This document shows, in pieces, positions 32,018 through 41,591 of a stretch of 52,044 nt of DNA (its first letter is position 1; every line of letters begins with the position of its first letter). The stretch lies in the NCBI GenBank assembly GCA_964569165.1, contig CAZMUG010000002.1:1-52044 (forward strand). Direction: 5' to 3'. This stretch comes from an uncultured Gaiellales bacterium (GTDB lineage Bacteria; Actinomycetota; Thermoleophilia; Gaiellales; Gaiellaceae). Made by a program: the position numbers and the translations under genes. The notes beneath the pieces were generated by a model. It did no database searches and had not been told where the DNA came from. It saw only the letters and a program-made list of their open reading frames with translations.

Positions 32018-32836
32018 CTACTCGCCCTTGCCCCGCTCGAGGAACGCGCGCACGGCGGACTGCGCCTCCTCGCCGAGCATCGACATCGCAAGCCAGTCGC
32101 GAGCGTGCCCCACGGTCTGGTGCCATGCGAGGTCGCGCCAGACGTTGAGCTGCTGCTTCGCGTACCTGGTCGTCTCGGGGAGGCGCGCCGCGAGCTTCTC
32201 CACCCACTCGTCCACGACCGCGTCGAGCTCGTCCTCGGGCACCGCGCGATTCACGAGGCCCCACTCCGCCGCCTGCCCTGCGGGAATCTCGTCGCAGAGG
32301 AACACGATCTCACGTGCGCGGCGGTCCCCGACCATGAGCTGAAGCCACTGCGTCGCGCCCCCGGCGGGCACCGACCCGTGCTGCAGGCCCACGTGCCTGA
32401 TGAAGGCGGTCTCGACCATGACGGAGAGGTCGCACGCCATCTGCAGCTCGTTGCCGCCGCCGACCGCGATCCCGTTGACCCGCGCGATCGTCGGCTTGCC
32501 GAGCTCCCGGATCCGGTCGTGCATGTCCTTGAACGCGCCGAACCACTTCCAGTACTCCCTCGAGCTCCCGAGGAGGTCCTCGCCCCAGGAGCGGAGGTCC
32601 GCTCCGACGCAGAACGCGCGGCCCGTTCCCGTGACGACGAGGACGCGAACGTCGTCGTCCCAGGAGGCGTCCTCGCAGGCGCGGGCGATCTCCCGGAGCA
32701 TCCGGAAGTCGAACGCATTCAGCACGTCCGGTCGGTTCAGGCGGATCGTCGCCCGCGGCGGCGCTTTCTCGTAGACGACCGACTCGAGCCCGAGCTCGGC
32801 CGGGTCGCGAGGGCGGGGGTGCACGGGCTCGCTCAT
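32018..32836 (-). CDS. Crotonase superfamily enzyme (MenB/BadI-like branch)
   Basis: Motifs TIRLNRPDVLNAF, GTGRAFCVGADL, VNGIAVGGGNELQMACD and GSVPAGGATQWL. ATG is the complement of 32834-32836 and overlaps the EthD stop (ATGA). Confidence 0.8.
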   Translation of the reverse strand: MSEPVHPRPRDPAELGLESVVYEKAPPRATIRLNRPDVLNAFDFRMLREIARACEDASWDDDVRVLVVTGTGRAFCVGADLRSWGEDLLGSSREYWKWFGAFKDMHDRIRELGKPTIARVNGIAVGGGNELQMACDLSVMVETAFIRHVGLQHGSVPAGGATQWLQLMVGDRRAREIVFLCDEIPAGQAAEWGLVNRAVPEDELDAVVDEWVEKLAARLPETTRYAKQQLNVWRDLAWHQTVGHARDWLAMSMLGEEAQSAVRAFLERGKGE

Positions 32837-33114
32837 TCCACGGCGACGAAGTGGACGGTGAAGGGAATCCCCATCGCCATCGCATCCTTGCCCGAGGCGC
32901 CGAATGCCTCCGACTGGACGGCCGCGCGGAACGACTCCTCGTCGGCCCACTCGAACTCGGCGTAGTACCGGTAGGTGGGCTCGCCGAGCGGCGACCCGAG
33001 GACCTTCCCGTGCCGGAACGCGGCACACTCGACGGGCGGGACGAACTCCTCGACGTGCCGGCGATAGCGCTCCGGGTCGGGCTCGGACTCGTACTGGACG
33101 ATTGCACGGATCAC
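32833..33114 (-). CDS. EthD-family (dimeric alpha/beta-barrel) protein
   Basis: 93 aa: VIRAIVQYESEPDPERYRRHVEEFV...YYAEFEWADEESFRAAVQSEAF... It is preceded by GAGGAGAG 5 nt upstream of the GTG. Confidence 0.7.
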   Translation of the reverse strand: MIRAIVQYESEPDPERYRRHVEEFVPPVECAAFRHGKVLGSPLGEPTYRYYAEFEWADEESFRAAVQSEAFGASGKDAMAMGIPFTVHFVAVE

Positions 33115-33163
33115 GTTCGCTCTCCTCTGTCGGGGGATGCGGCGGAGCGTATAGCGTCCGCCC

Positions 33164-33610
33164 GTGAGCTCGACCGCCTTCGCCGCCGTCCTCGCCTTCA
33201 CCGCGGGGCTCGGAGGCGCCGTGCAGATCGCGGTGCAGGGACGTCTCGGCGACCGGGTCGGCTCCCTGGAGGCGGTTGCGGCGGCGGCGCTCGTCGGGTG
33301 CGTGATCGCGCTCGCGGCGCTCCTCCTCGCCCGCCGAACGCTCGCCGGCGTCGGCGACGCCGTCGCGGGCCCGAAGTGGCAGCTCCTCGGCGGCCTGATG
33401 AGCGTGTTCATCGTGCTCGCGATCACCGTCGCCGGCCCGCGCATCGGGATCGTCGCCACGACCGCGTTCCTCATCGCGGCCCAGTTCGGGCTGGCCGCGG
33501 TCATCGACCGCTACGGCTGGTTCGGCGTGGAGCGGATCCCCCTGACGTCGCTGCGCGTGCTCGGGATCGCGCTGCTCGTCGCGGGTGCTGCCCTCACCCT
33601 GCGGCGCTAG
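33164..33610 (+). CDS. DMT superfamily membrane protein (DUF606/YdcZ-like)
   Basis: 148 aa with five hydrophobic segments and FLIAAQFGLAAVIDRYGWFG. A possible leaderless start is TAGCGT at 33152-33157, 6 nt before the GTG. Confidence 0.7.
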   Translation: MSSTAFAAVLAFTAGLGGAVQIAVQGRLGDRVGSLEAVAAAALVGCVIALAALLLARRTLAGVGDAVAGPKWQLLGGLMSVFIVLAITVAGPRIGIVATTAFLIAAQFGLAAVIDRYGWFGVERIPLTSLRVLGIALLVAGAALTLRR

Positions 33611-33617
33611 GAACCGC

Positions 33618-34541
33618 GTGAGCCCGAGGACGAAGCTCTGGGTCGCCCTGGGGACCGTCTACACGATCTGGGGCTCCACGTACCTCGGGATCGCGCTCGC
33701 GGTCGAGACGATGCCACCGCTCTTCGCGGTCTCGAGCCGCTTCGTCGTCGCCGGGGGGATCCTGGCCGCCCTGGTCGTCTGGCGGAGGGGAGCAGGGTCG
33801 TTGCGCATCACGAAGCGGGAGCTCGTCGCGGTCGCTCTCGTCGGGGTCCTGTTCAACGGAGCGAACGCTCTGCTCTTCTTCGCGGAGGAGACGATCCCGA
33901 TCGGGCTCGCCTCGCTGATCATCGCGTCCGTCCCGCTCTGGGTCGCGCTCTTCCGGATCCTCGCGGGCGATCGTCCTCCCGCGCTCGTCCTGGCGGGAGT
34001 CGTCACCGGATTCGTCGGAGTCGCGCTTCTCGTCCGCCCGAGCGGAGACGCCGAGTGGCAGGGAATCGTCCTCGTCGTGCTCTCGGCGTTCGCGTGGTCG
34101 ACCGGCTCCTTCCTCTCGCCGCGCCTGCCGCTGCCGGGCGACTCCGTGACGGCGACCGCGTACCAGATGGGGATCGGGGGCCTGGCGCTCCTCCCGCTCG
34201 GCCTCGCGTCCGGGCCCCATCCGAGCGAGTTCTCCACGCGGTCGGCCCTCGGCTGGGCCTACCTCGTCGTCTTCGGGGCCATCGTCGGCTACACGGCCTA
34301 CGTCTGGCTCCTCGCCCACGCTCCGCTCTCGGTGGCGGCGACGTACGCGTACGTGAACCCCGTCATCGCGATCTCACTCGGCGCGATCGTGCTCGACGAG
34401 TCGATCACCACGCAGATCATCGTGGGCGCGACCGTCGTGCTCACCTCGGTCGCCGTCGTCGTGCGCCGCGAGCCCCCGACCGCCGATCCCGCACCGCTTC
34501 CCGCGGAGGTTCCGGCTCCCGCGAGTACGATCGGCCGATGA
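33618..34541 (+). CDS. EamA-family (DMT) transporter
   Basis: About 10 TM segments with a duplicated EamA pattern (IWGSTYLGIA..., AYVWLLAH...). GTG 33618 is preferred to the ORF-track start at 33585. Confidence 0.8.
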   Translation: MSPRTKLWVALGTVYTIWGSTYLGIALAVETMPPLFAVSSRFVVAGGILAALVVWRRGAGSLRITKRELVAVALVGVLFNGANALLFFAEETIPIGLASLIIASVPLWVALFRILAGDRPPALVLAGVVTGFVGVALLVRPSGDAEWQGIVLVVLSAFAWSTGSFLSPRLPLPGDSVTATAYQMGIGGLALLPLGLASGPHPSEFSTRSALGWAYLVVFGAIVGYTAYVWLLAHAPLSVAATYAYVNPVIAISLGAIVLDESITTQIIVGATVVLTSVAVVVRREPPTADPAPLPAEVPAPASTIGR

Positions 34542-35989
34542 GCGCGCTCGCCGGGCTCGAGCCCGTACGTGTCTGGCAGCGCTTCGAGGAGCTCACACGA
34601 ATCGCACGCCCGTCCAAGGAGGAGAGCGCGGCGCGCGAGCACGTGCTCGCATGGGCGGCTGCCCATGGCCTGGAGGCGCGGACGGACGAGGAGGGCAACG
34701 CCGTCGTCGTCGTGCCGGCGACGCCGGGGCGGGAGCACGCGCCGATCGTGGTCCTCCAGTCGCATCTCGACATGGTTTGCGAGCGCGACCCCGAGAGCCC
34801 GTTCGACCCCCGCGAGGGGCGCATCCACGTCGTCCGCGACGGCGACTGGGTGCTCGCCGAGGGAACGACGCTCGGCGCGGACAACGGGATCGGAGTCGCG
34901 GCGGCGATGGCCGTCGCGCAGGACTCCGCAGTCGCGCACGGCCCGCTCGAGCTGCTGTTCACCGTGTCGGAGGAGCAGGGGCTGGACGGTGCGAAGGCGC
35001 TCGATCCGGCGCTCGTCGAGGGGCGGATCCTCCTCAACCTCGACGGCACGAGCGACGAGTCGTTGACGATCGGGTGCGCGGGGAGCGCGCACACCTTCGT
35101 CCGGCTTCCACTCGGGCAGACACCCGTGCCCGAGGGCTGCACGGGCCTGGCCGTGGCGCTCGACGGAGCCCGTGGCGGCCACTCGGGAGGCGACATCGCA
35201 CGTGGCCGGGTCAACGCCATCAAGGCGCTCGGACGGGCTCTGGCCGAGGCGAGCCGGGCCGTCCCGCTTCGCCTCGCGAGCCTCGACGGCGGCGGCAGCC
35301 GAAACGCGATCCCGAGGGAGGCGCTGGCAACCGTCGTCGTCGCGACGGGGTCCGAGCGGGCGTTCGAGGATGCCGTCGACGCCGAGCTCGTCGAGCTCCG
35401 GGCCCGACACGCGGGCACGGACGACGGCGTCGCGTTCTCCGTCGAGCCCGTTGCCGTGCCCGCGGCGGCGGAGCCGGCGGCATCGGCACGAGCGCTGGAC
35501 CTCCTGACGGCGGTTCCCAGCGGAGTCATCGCCATGAGCGCCGCTGCGCCCGACTCGGTCGAGACGAGCACGAGCCTGAACGTCGCGAAGACGGAGGAAG
35601 GCGTCCTCACGCTGGCCTCCATGACGAGAAGCGCGAGCGTGCCCGCGCTCGACGACGTGGTGTCCACCATCGAGGCGGCGGCGCGAGCGGCGGGGGCGGA
35701 CCTGGAGGTCGTGCGCTCGTATCCGCCGTGGCGGCCAGAGCCGGAGTCGGGGCTCCTCAAGACGGCGAAGGGGACGTTCGCGCGGGTCTTCGGCTTCGAG
35801 CCCGGGCTCGAGGTCGTCCACGGCGGCCTCGAGTGCGCGGTGATCGGCGGGAAGCTCCCCGGGATGGAGATGCTCGCGCTGGGCCCGACGATCGAGGGCC
35901 CGCACGCCCCCGGTGAGCGGCTGGGCATCGCCTCGACGCAGCGCTTCTACCGCCTGCTCGGAGCGCTGCTCGACGACCTCTCCCGGTAG
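34538..35989 (+). CDS. pepD: Aminoacyl-histidine dipeptidase (M20C, PepD-like)
   Basis: Motifs LQSHLDMVCE, TTLGADNGIGVA, FTVSEEQGLDGA and HGGLECAVI. ATG 34538 overlaps the preceding stop (ATGA). Confidence 0.85.
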   Translation: MSALAGLEPVRVWQRFEELTRIARPSKEESAAREHVLAWAAAHGLEARTDEEGNAVVVVPATPGREHAPIVVLQSHLDMVCERDPESPFDPREGRIHVVRDGDWVLAEGTTLGADNGIGVAAAMAVAQDSAVAHGPLELLFTVSEEQGLDGAKALDPALVEGRILLNLDGTSDESLTIGCAGSAHTFVRLPLGQTPVPEGCTGLAVALDGARGGHSGGDIARGRVNAIKALGRALAEASRAVPLRLASLDGGGSRNAIPREALATVVVATGSERAFEDAVDAELVELRARHAGTDDGVAFSVEPVAVPAAAEPAASARALDLLTAVPSGVIAMSAAAPDSVETSTSLNVAKTEEGVLTLASMTRSASVPALDDVVSTIEAAARAAGADLEVVRSYPPWRPEPESGLLKTAKGTFARVFGFEPGLEVVHGGLECAVIGGKLPGMEMLALGPTIEGPHAPGERLGIASTQRFYRLLGALLDDLSR

Positions 35990-36085
35990 CGCGGCGGCTT
36001 CCGCGTGAGCCATCCGCGGTCTTCCGTGCGCGCGGAGACCGCAGCCGAAGAGCGAGCGGCCGCGCGGGCGTGAGCCCTGCTCGCA

Positions 36086-36742
36086 TCAGATCGCCTGCGC
36101 CAGACCGCAGCGCCGCTCGAGAGCGGTGAGGTCGAGGATCGTCGTCCGCCCGCGCCGCAGAGCGACGACGCCCCGCTCCTCCTCCTCGCGCAGGACGCGG
36201 TTGACCGTGGCCCGCGACGTGCCGGCCATCGCGGCCAGGTCCTCCTGGGTGAGGGGAACGACCTCGGAGCCGTAGGCTCGCGAGAGCTCGACCAGCCTGC
36301 GCCGGACCCGTGTCTCCGCGTCCACGTGGTGGGCTTCCACGATCCGGTCCGTGAGGCGGCTGAGCTGTCCGGCGAGCAGCCGGAGCAGCACGTCCTTCAC
36401 ACCCGGGTGGCTGCGCTGGAGCAGCGCGAAGTCGTCACGGAAGACCGAGCGGGTCTCGCCGTCCTCGAGGGCGGACACGGTCGCCGACCGGCGCGCTTCG
36501 GGAAGCAGCAGCGCGAGCTCGCCGAACACCTGCCCCGGCCCGAGCACCTCGAGCAGGACGCTGTCGCCCAGCGGCGTGAGCACCCGCGCACCGAAGCGTC
36601 CGCGCACGATCAGGTGCAGGGACTCGGCGGGGTCGTCGCGATGGAACACGACCTCGCCCTTCCCGAACGTCCGCCTGCGTGCGATCGCCAGCATCTTCCG
36701 AACGTCCTCGGCGGGAAGGTCGGCGAGCAGCGGCCACTCCAT
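36086..36742 (-). CDS. Crp/Fnr family transcriptional regulator
   Basis: It has a cNMP-binding-like domain (GQVFGELALL...RSATVSALE) and a C-terminal HTH (LTQEDLAAMAGTSRATVNRVLRE). ATG is the complement of 36740-36742. Confidence 0.85.
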   Translation of the reverse strand: MEWPLLADLPAEDVRKMLAIARRRTFGKGEVVFHRDDPAESLHLIVRGRFGARVLTPLGDSVLLEVLGPGQVFGELALLLPEARRSATVSALEDGETRSVFRDDFALLQRSHPGVKDVLLRLLAGQLSRLTDRIVEAHHVDAETRVRRRLVELSRAYGSEVVPLTQEDLAAMAGTSRATVNRVLREEEERGVVALRRGRTTILDLTALERRCGLAQAI

Positions 36743-36856
36743 GGCGGGAGTCTGTGTAACGGCGGTGACGTTCGCAACGTCGCGCGCGCGAGCGACACGG
36801 GGTGGCGGGGCTCGTAGGGTCAGGCCATGACGGATCGGACGAGAAGGAGGAGCACC

Positions 36857-37081
36857 ATGAAGCGGATCGTCGCCATCACCGCAGTCGTCGCAGGGCTCGC
36901 AGTTCCGTCGGTCGCGTCGGCCGGAAACGCCGCGGCGCCGCAGCTGGCGAGGCAGGCCGTGAAGCCACAGCTCGTGAAGAGCCAGCTCGTGCGGCCCGCG
37001 CTGGTCAGAAGCCAGCTCGTCAGGAGCCAGCGCGCACAGGCGCTGCGCTTCTCGTGGCAGCGCAGCCTGTTCCGCCGCTAG
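36857..37081 (+). CDS. Small secreted, highly basic repeat peptide (74-aa precursor)
   Basis: AAGGAGG lies 6 nt before the ATG. The signal peptide MKRIVAITAVVAGLAVPSVASA precedes PQLARQAVKPQLVKSQLVRPALVRSQLVRSQRAQALRFSWQRSLFRR. A strong hairpin follows the stop. Confidence 0.55.
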   Translation: MKRIVAITAVVAGLAVPSVASAGNAAAPQLARQAVKPQLVKSQLVRPALVRSQLVRSQRAQALRFSWQRSLFRR

Positions 37082-37105
37082 CAGGCTCCTCCGTTTCATC
37101 CGAGC

Positions 37106-37135
37106 GAGAGGGAGGGCTCTGGCGCCCTCCCTCTC
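37106..37135. terminator. Bidirectional terminator-like hairpin (12-bp stem GAGAGGGAGGGC / GCCCTCCCTCTC, 6-nt loop)
   Basis: It lies between the convergent stops at 37081 (+) and 37148 (-). There is no clear U-tract, as is common in high-GC genomes. Confidence 0.6.
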
Positions 37136-37147
37136 CGTCTGCCCGGC

Positions 37148-39361
37148 TCAGAGCTCCACGATGTCGTCCGGCCGCACGGGGACGCGGGGGAGCTCGAGGC
37201 CGGTGGCGTGCCGGAGCGCCGCGGCCACGGCCGCGGTCGAGACGACGGCCGGCGGCTCCCCGACCCCCTTGACGCCGTACGGCGCGTCCGGCTCGGGCTC
37301 CTCCACGAGCTCGGAGACGACGGGCGGCATGTCGAGGAACGTCGGGACGAGGTAGTCGGTGAAGCTCGCGTTCGTGATCACGCCGTCGCGAACCTGCAGC
37401 TCCTCCATCAGCGCGAGCCCGATGCCCTGAGCGGTCCCGCCCTCGATCTGCCCCTCGACGGCAGGGTGGTTCAGCACCCTGCCGACGTCCTGGGCCGTGC
37501 CGACCCAGACGACCCGGGTGAGGCCGAGCTCCACGTCCACCTCGACCACCACCCGCATCGCCGCAACCGCGAGCGCGACGTGGGCCGGGCCGTCCACGAC
37601 CTGGCCGGTCACGGGATCGAGAGGGTACGTGCGCGGGTGCCGGTAGACGCGCTCGACATCCACGGGCCCGCCCGTGCGCTCCCGCTCCTCGCGCGCCGCG
37701 CGGCACGCCTCTCGCACGGCGCCGGCCGCCATCCACGTCATCCGGGACGCCGAGCACGACCCCGACGAGCCGACGCGCGCCGTCGAGCCGGAGGCCAGGG
37801 TCACGTCCTCCGTCCCGAGCTCGAGGCGGGCGACGCTCAGCATCACGTCGGTGACGCCCTGGCCGACCTCCGCCGCGGCACAGTGGATCTCCGCCGTGCC
37901 GTCGTCGGCGAGCACGACCCGCGCGGTGCAGTAGTCGTCGAACCCCTCCGAGTAGCAGATGTTCTTGAACCCGACGGCGAAGCCGACGCCGCGACGGACG
38001 CCCTCGCCGCGCGTCGTGTTCCCGGCGCCGCCCGGGAGCCGGATCGGATCGCGGGGGAGCTCTTCGGGCTCGGGTACCGGGATCGCGGCGGCGCGCCTTA
38101 TCACCTCGCGGGTGGGAAGCGAGCCCGTCACCACCTGGCCCGTGGCGAGCCTGCCGCCCGGCTCGAGCGCGTTCAGGAGACGGAGCTCGACGGGATCGAT
38201 CCCGAGGCGCACGGCGAGACGGTCCATCTGCGCCTCGGCCGCGAAGCAGGTCTGTACGGCGCCGAAGCCCCTCATGGCGCCGCACGGCGGGTTGTTGGTG
38301 TAGACCGCGAGCCCCTCGACCAGCACGTTCTCGACCGCGTAGGGGCCGACGGCGAAGGAGCACGCGTTCGAGATCACCGCGGTCGAGCTCGACGCGTACG
38401 CGCCCCCGTCGACGAGGACCCGCATGCGCACCGCGAGCAGCCGGCCGTCGTGGGTGGCGCGGTGCTCCGCCCAGATCCGCGCCGGGTGCCGGTGCACGTG
38501 CCCGACGAACGACTCCTCCCGGGAGTACACCATCTTCACGGGCCGGCCCGTATGCAGCGCGAGCAGGGCGGCGTGGATCTGCATCGAGAGGTCCTCCCGG
38601 CCGCCGAAGGCGCCGCCCACGCCCGCGAGGTGGATACGCACTCGCTCCACATCGAGGCCGAGGCAGGGAGCGACCTGGTCGCGGTCCACGTGCAGCCACT
38701 GGGTCGCGACATGGATGTCCACGCCCCCCGCTCCGTCCGGGACGGCGAGGCCGGACTCGGGGCCGAGGAAGGCCTGGTCCTGGGCGCGGGTCTCGTACAG
38801 GCCCTCGACCGAGACGTCTCCCTCGACCTCGGGGTCGCCGCGGCGGATCACGATCGACCGCACGACGTTCGGCCTCGGATCGTCGCGGTACCCGTGGCCC
38901 AGGGTCGGGCGGTCGGGGTGGAGGGGCTCCTGCTCCGTCGCCGTCTCCGGATCGTCCACGGGCGGCAGCGGCTCGTACTCGACGCGCACGGCCGCGGCGG
39001 CGCGCCTCGCTTGCTCCGGCTCCTCGGCCGCGACGATCGCCACCGGCTCGCCGAAGTAGCGGACGCGGTCGATCGCGAGGACGGGCTGGTCGGGGAACTC
39101 GAGCCCGTACGTCTTCCTGCCGGGCACGTCCGCGTGGGTGAGGACGGCGTGCACGCCCGGGAGCGCGAGCGCCTCCGAGACGTCGATCTCGACGATGCGC
39201 GCGTGCGGGTGCGGGCTGCGCACGGTCCTGCCCCAGAGCATTCCCGCGGCGTGGAGATCGCTCGAGTACGCGAACTCGCCCGTGACCTTCGAGACCGCGT
39301 CGGACCGGCGAGCCGCCGGCGTCGCGCGACCACGGCGTGGCGTCGACGTGACCGTGGTCAT
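37148..39361 (-). CDS. Xanthine dehydrogenase family molybdopterin-binding (large) subunit
   Basis: 737 aa with GEFAYSSD, GGAFGGRE, MRGFG, AAAEVGQGV and YGVKGVGEPP motifs. Its ATG overlaps the FeS-subunit stop (ATGA). Confidence 0.85.
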   Translation of the reverse strand: MTTVTSTPRRGRATPAARRSDAVSKVTGEFAYSSDLHAAGMLWGRTVRSPHPHARIVEIDVSEALALPGVHAVLTHADVPGRKTYGLEFPDQPVLAIDRVRYFGEPVAIVAAEEPEQARRAAAAVRVEYEPLPPVDDPETATEQEPLHPDRPTLGHGYRDDPRPNVVRSIVIRRGDPEVEGDVSVEGLYETRAQDQAFLGPESGLAVPDGAGGVDIHVATQWLHVDRDQVAPCLGLDVERVRIHLAGVGGAFGGREDLSMQIHAALLALHTGRPVKMVYSREESFVGHVHRHPARIWAEHRATHDGRLLAVRMRVLVDGGAYASSSTAVISNACSFAVGPYAVENVLVEGLAVYTNNPPCGAMRGFGAVQTCFAAEAQMDRLAVRLGIDPVELRLLNALEPGGRLATGQVVTGSLPTREVIRRAAAIPVPEPEELPRDPIRLPGGAGNTTRGEGVRRGVGFAVGFKNICYSEGFDDYCTARVVLADDGTAEIHCAAAEVGQGVTDVMLSVARLELGTEDVTLASGSTARVGSSGSCSASRMTWMAAGAVREACRAAREERERTGGPVDVERVYRHPRTYPLDPVTGQVVDGPAHVALAVAAMRVVVEVDVELGLTRVVWVGTAQDVGRVLNHPAVEGQIEGGTAQGIGLALMEELQVRDGVITNASFTDYLVPTFLDMPPVVSELVEEPEPDAPYGVKGVGEPPAVVSTAAVAAALRHATGLELPRVPVRPDDIVEL

Positions 39362-39813
39362 CGCTCTGCGGCCAGCCTGACCGCGTCGAGGATCTTCTGG
39401 TACCCGGTGCAGCGGCACAGGTTTCCCGACAGCGCCTCGCGGATCTCGTCGTCGCTCGGATCGGGGACGCGGCGGAGCAGGTCGGCCGCCGCGACGACGA
39501 AGCCCGGGGTGCAGAAACCGCACTGCACCGCGCCCGCGTCGGCAAACGCCTCCTGCACCGGGTGGAGCGCGCCGTCGGCGCCGAGCCCCTCGACCGTGAC
39601 GACCTCGTGCCCGTCCGCCTGGGCCGAGAGGACGAGGCACGAGCAGACGAGCTCGCCGTCGAGGAGGACGGAGCAGGAGCCGCACTCGCCCTGCTCGCAG
39701 GCGTTCTTCGAGCCCGGGAGCTCGAGCCGGTCGCGGAGCGTCGTGAGCAGGCTCTCGCCGGCCCACACGTCGGCCTCCAGGCGCTCCCCGTTCACCGTGA
39801 GCTCGATCCTCAC
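39358..39813 (-). CDS. Xanthine dehydrogenase family (2Fe-2S)-binding small subunit
   Basis: Motifs CEQGECGSCSV, CGFCTPG and CRCTGY. The GTG overlaps the FAD-subunit stop (GTGA). Confidence 0.9.
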   Translation of the reverse strand: MRIELTVNGERLEADVWAGESLLTTLRDRLELPGSKNACEQGECGSCSVLLDGELVCSCLVLSAQADGHEVVTVEGLGADGALHPVQEAFADAGAVQCGFCTPGFVVAAADLLRRVPDPSDDEIREALSGNLCRCTGYQKILDAVRLAAER

Positions 39814-40598
39814 GCCAGGCACCTCTCGACAGCGCGCGTCGCGAGGACCCGGAGCGCGTGGCGCCGGTACGCAGCCGTCCCGCGGACGTCGTCGATCGGG
39901 CTCGCTGCGGATGCGACCAGCTCCGGGATGCGGTCCGCGTCCGCCAGCGGCGCCTGCACCAGCCTCGCGACGGGTGCCGCGGAGCCGAACGCTGCGCGCA
40001 CCTCCCCGCGCTCGCGATCGACGACGAGCGCGAGCGAGCAGACGGCGATGACCATCGCGTTCCTCGGGCCGACCTTCATGAAGGTCTGCGACTGTCCCGT
40101 CCGCGGCACGTACACCGAGACGATGAGCTCGTCCTGCGCCAGCGCGTTTCGCTTCACCCCGACGAGGAACTCCTCGAGGAGCAGCCGGCGCTCTCCCCGG
40201 ACACTCGCGAGCTGGACCTCGGCCCCCTCCACGAGAAGCGGGGGGAGCGCGTCGCCGGCGGGAGACGCCGTACCGAGATTGCCGCCGATCGTGCCGCGGT
40301 TGCGGATCTGCGGGGAGCCGACCGTGCGCGACGCCTCCGCGAGAGCGGGGTGCGCATCCGCGAGCTCGCGGACGACCTCCGCGTACGTGAGACCGGCGCC
40401 GAGCCGCGTGACGCCGTTCTCCCGCTCCCAGCCCCGGAGCTCCGTGACCTCGTTCAGGTTCAGCAGGGCCTCCGGCCTCGCCCGGTCGAAGTTCATGGAG
40501 ACCATGACGTCGGTGCCGCCCTGGACCGGGAGCGCGCCCGGATGCCGCGCCTTCAGCGCGAGCGCCTCGTCCAGCGTGCGCGGGGTGAGGACGTCCAC
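39810..40598 (-). CDS. Xanthine dehydrogenase family FAD-binding (medium) subunit
   Basis: Motifs QGGTDVMV, IRNRGTIGGNL and DDVRGTAAYRRH. Confidence 0.85.
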   Translation of the reverse strand: MDVLTPRTLDEALALKARHPGALPVQGGTDVMVSMNFDRARPEALLNLNEVTELRGWERENGVTRLGAGLTYAEVVRELADAHPALAEASRTVGSPQIRNRGTIGGNLGTASPAGDALPPLLVEGAEVQLASVRGERRLLLEEFLVGVKRNALAQDELIVSVYVPRTGQSQTFMKVGPRNAMVIAVCSLALVVDRERGEVRAAFGSAAPVARLVQAPLADADRIPELVASAASPIDDVRGTAAYRRHALRVLATRAVERCLA

Positions 40599-40601
40599 GG
40601 G

Positions 40602-41591
40602 CTAGCGCTCCTCTCTCACGTACGGGATCCCGAGAGCCGCGGGCGCCCCGAGCCGGCGCTTCGCGGCGCCGGACGAGACGGCGACGAGGACCACGACCGT
40701 CATCACGTACGGCAGCGCGATGAAGACCTCCGCCGGGACCTCGGTCAGCCAGCCGCGCGCCTGGAGGAGGAGGGGGAGCGCCGAGAACGCCCCGAAGAGA
40801 TAGGCGCCGACGAGACAGAGGTCGGCCCGCCAGAAGGCGAAGATGACGAGCGCGACCGCGATCCAGCCCGCACCCCCCGTCAGGCCGTTCACCCACTGCG
40901 GGGTGATCTGCAGGCTGAAGCACGCGCCCCCGACGCCCGCGAACGCGCCGCCCACCACGGTGTGCGCGTAGCGGTAGCGCGTCACGTCGATCCCCATCGC
41001 GTCAGCAGCGGCAGGGGACTCCCCCACGGCTCGGACGTTCAGCCCGAGCCTCGTGCGGGCCAGGTAGAGGCCGACGGCGAGAACGCATCCCCAGGAGAGA
41101 TACACGAGCGCGGACTGGTCGAACAGGATGGGGCCGAGAACCGGAAGGTCGCCGAGCCCGAGGACGTCGAGCGGAGCGAACACGTGCTCGGCGGGAGCGC
41201 CGCTCAGGTCGAGGTCGTTCCCGAGGTAGGACGAGAGGCCGGCCGCGCCGGCGAAGATCGTCAGCGCGAGGCCGGAGACGATCTGGTTCGCCCGCAGCGT
41301 GATCACGAGGAACGCGTGGATGAGCCCCATCGCGGCGCCGGCCACGGCCGCGACGGCCACGGCCGCCGTGAGCGAGACGCCACCCGCAGCGTCGAGCGTC
41401 TGGACCGCCCAGAAGCCCATCACGGCCCCCACGAGCATCATCCCCTCGACGCCGAGGTTCAGCACGCCCGAGCGCTCCGCCAGCACCTCGCCGAGCGCGG
41501 CGAAGAGGAGCGGCGTCCCGTACAGCACCGCGGAGGCGAGGATGAGGACGAGAAAGCTGTCGTTCACCCCTGCCGCCACGAGACCGGTCAC
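40602..41591 (-). CDS. ABC transporter permease (BMP/nucleoside-type, second permease)
   Basis: Multi-TM protein with ERSGVLNLGVEGMMLVGA. The GTG at complement 41589-41591 overlaps the upstream stop (GTGA). Confidence 0.85.
   Translation of the reverse strand: MTGLVAAGVNDSFLVLILASAVLYGTPLLFAALGEVLAERSGVLNLGVEGMMLVGAVMGFWAVQTLDAAGGVSLTAAVAVAAVAGAAMGLIHAFLVITLRANQIVSGLALTIFAGAAGLSSYLGNDLDLSGAPAEHVFAPLDVLGLGDLPVLGPILFDQSALVYLSWGCVLAVGLYLARTRLGLNVRAVGESPAAADAMGIDVTRYRYAHTVVGGAFAGVGGACFSLQITPQWVNGLTGGAGWIAVALVIFAFWRADLCLVGAYLFGAFSALPLLLQARGWLTEVPAEVFIALPYVMTVVVLVAVSSGAAKRRLGAPAALGIPYVREER

Noticed and set aside
36016-36042. Possible terminator hairpin GCGGTCT-N13-AGACCGC between convergent pepD and the Crp-family gene
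   Set aside because: It has only a 7-bp stem with a 13-nt loop and no U-tract. That is too weak to call.
36767-36781. Palindrome GACGTT-CGC-AACGTC as a Crp/Fnr binding site
   Set aside because: It does not match the TGTGA-N6-TCACA or TTGAT-N4-ATCAA consensus spacing or sequence. It is mentioned only as context in the small-peptide finding and is not called as a feature.
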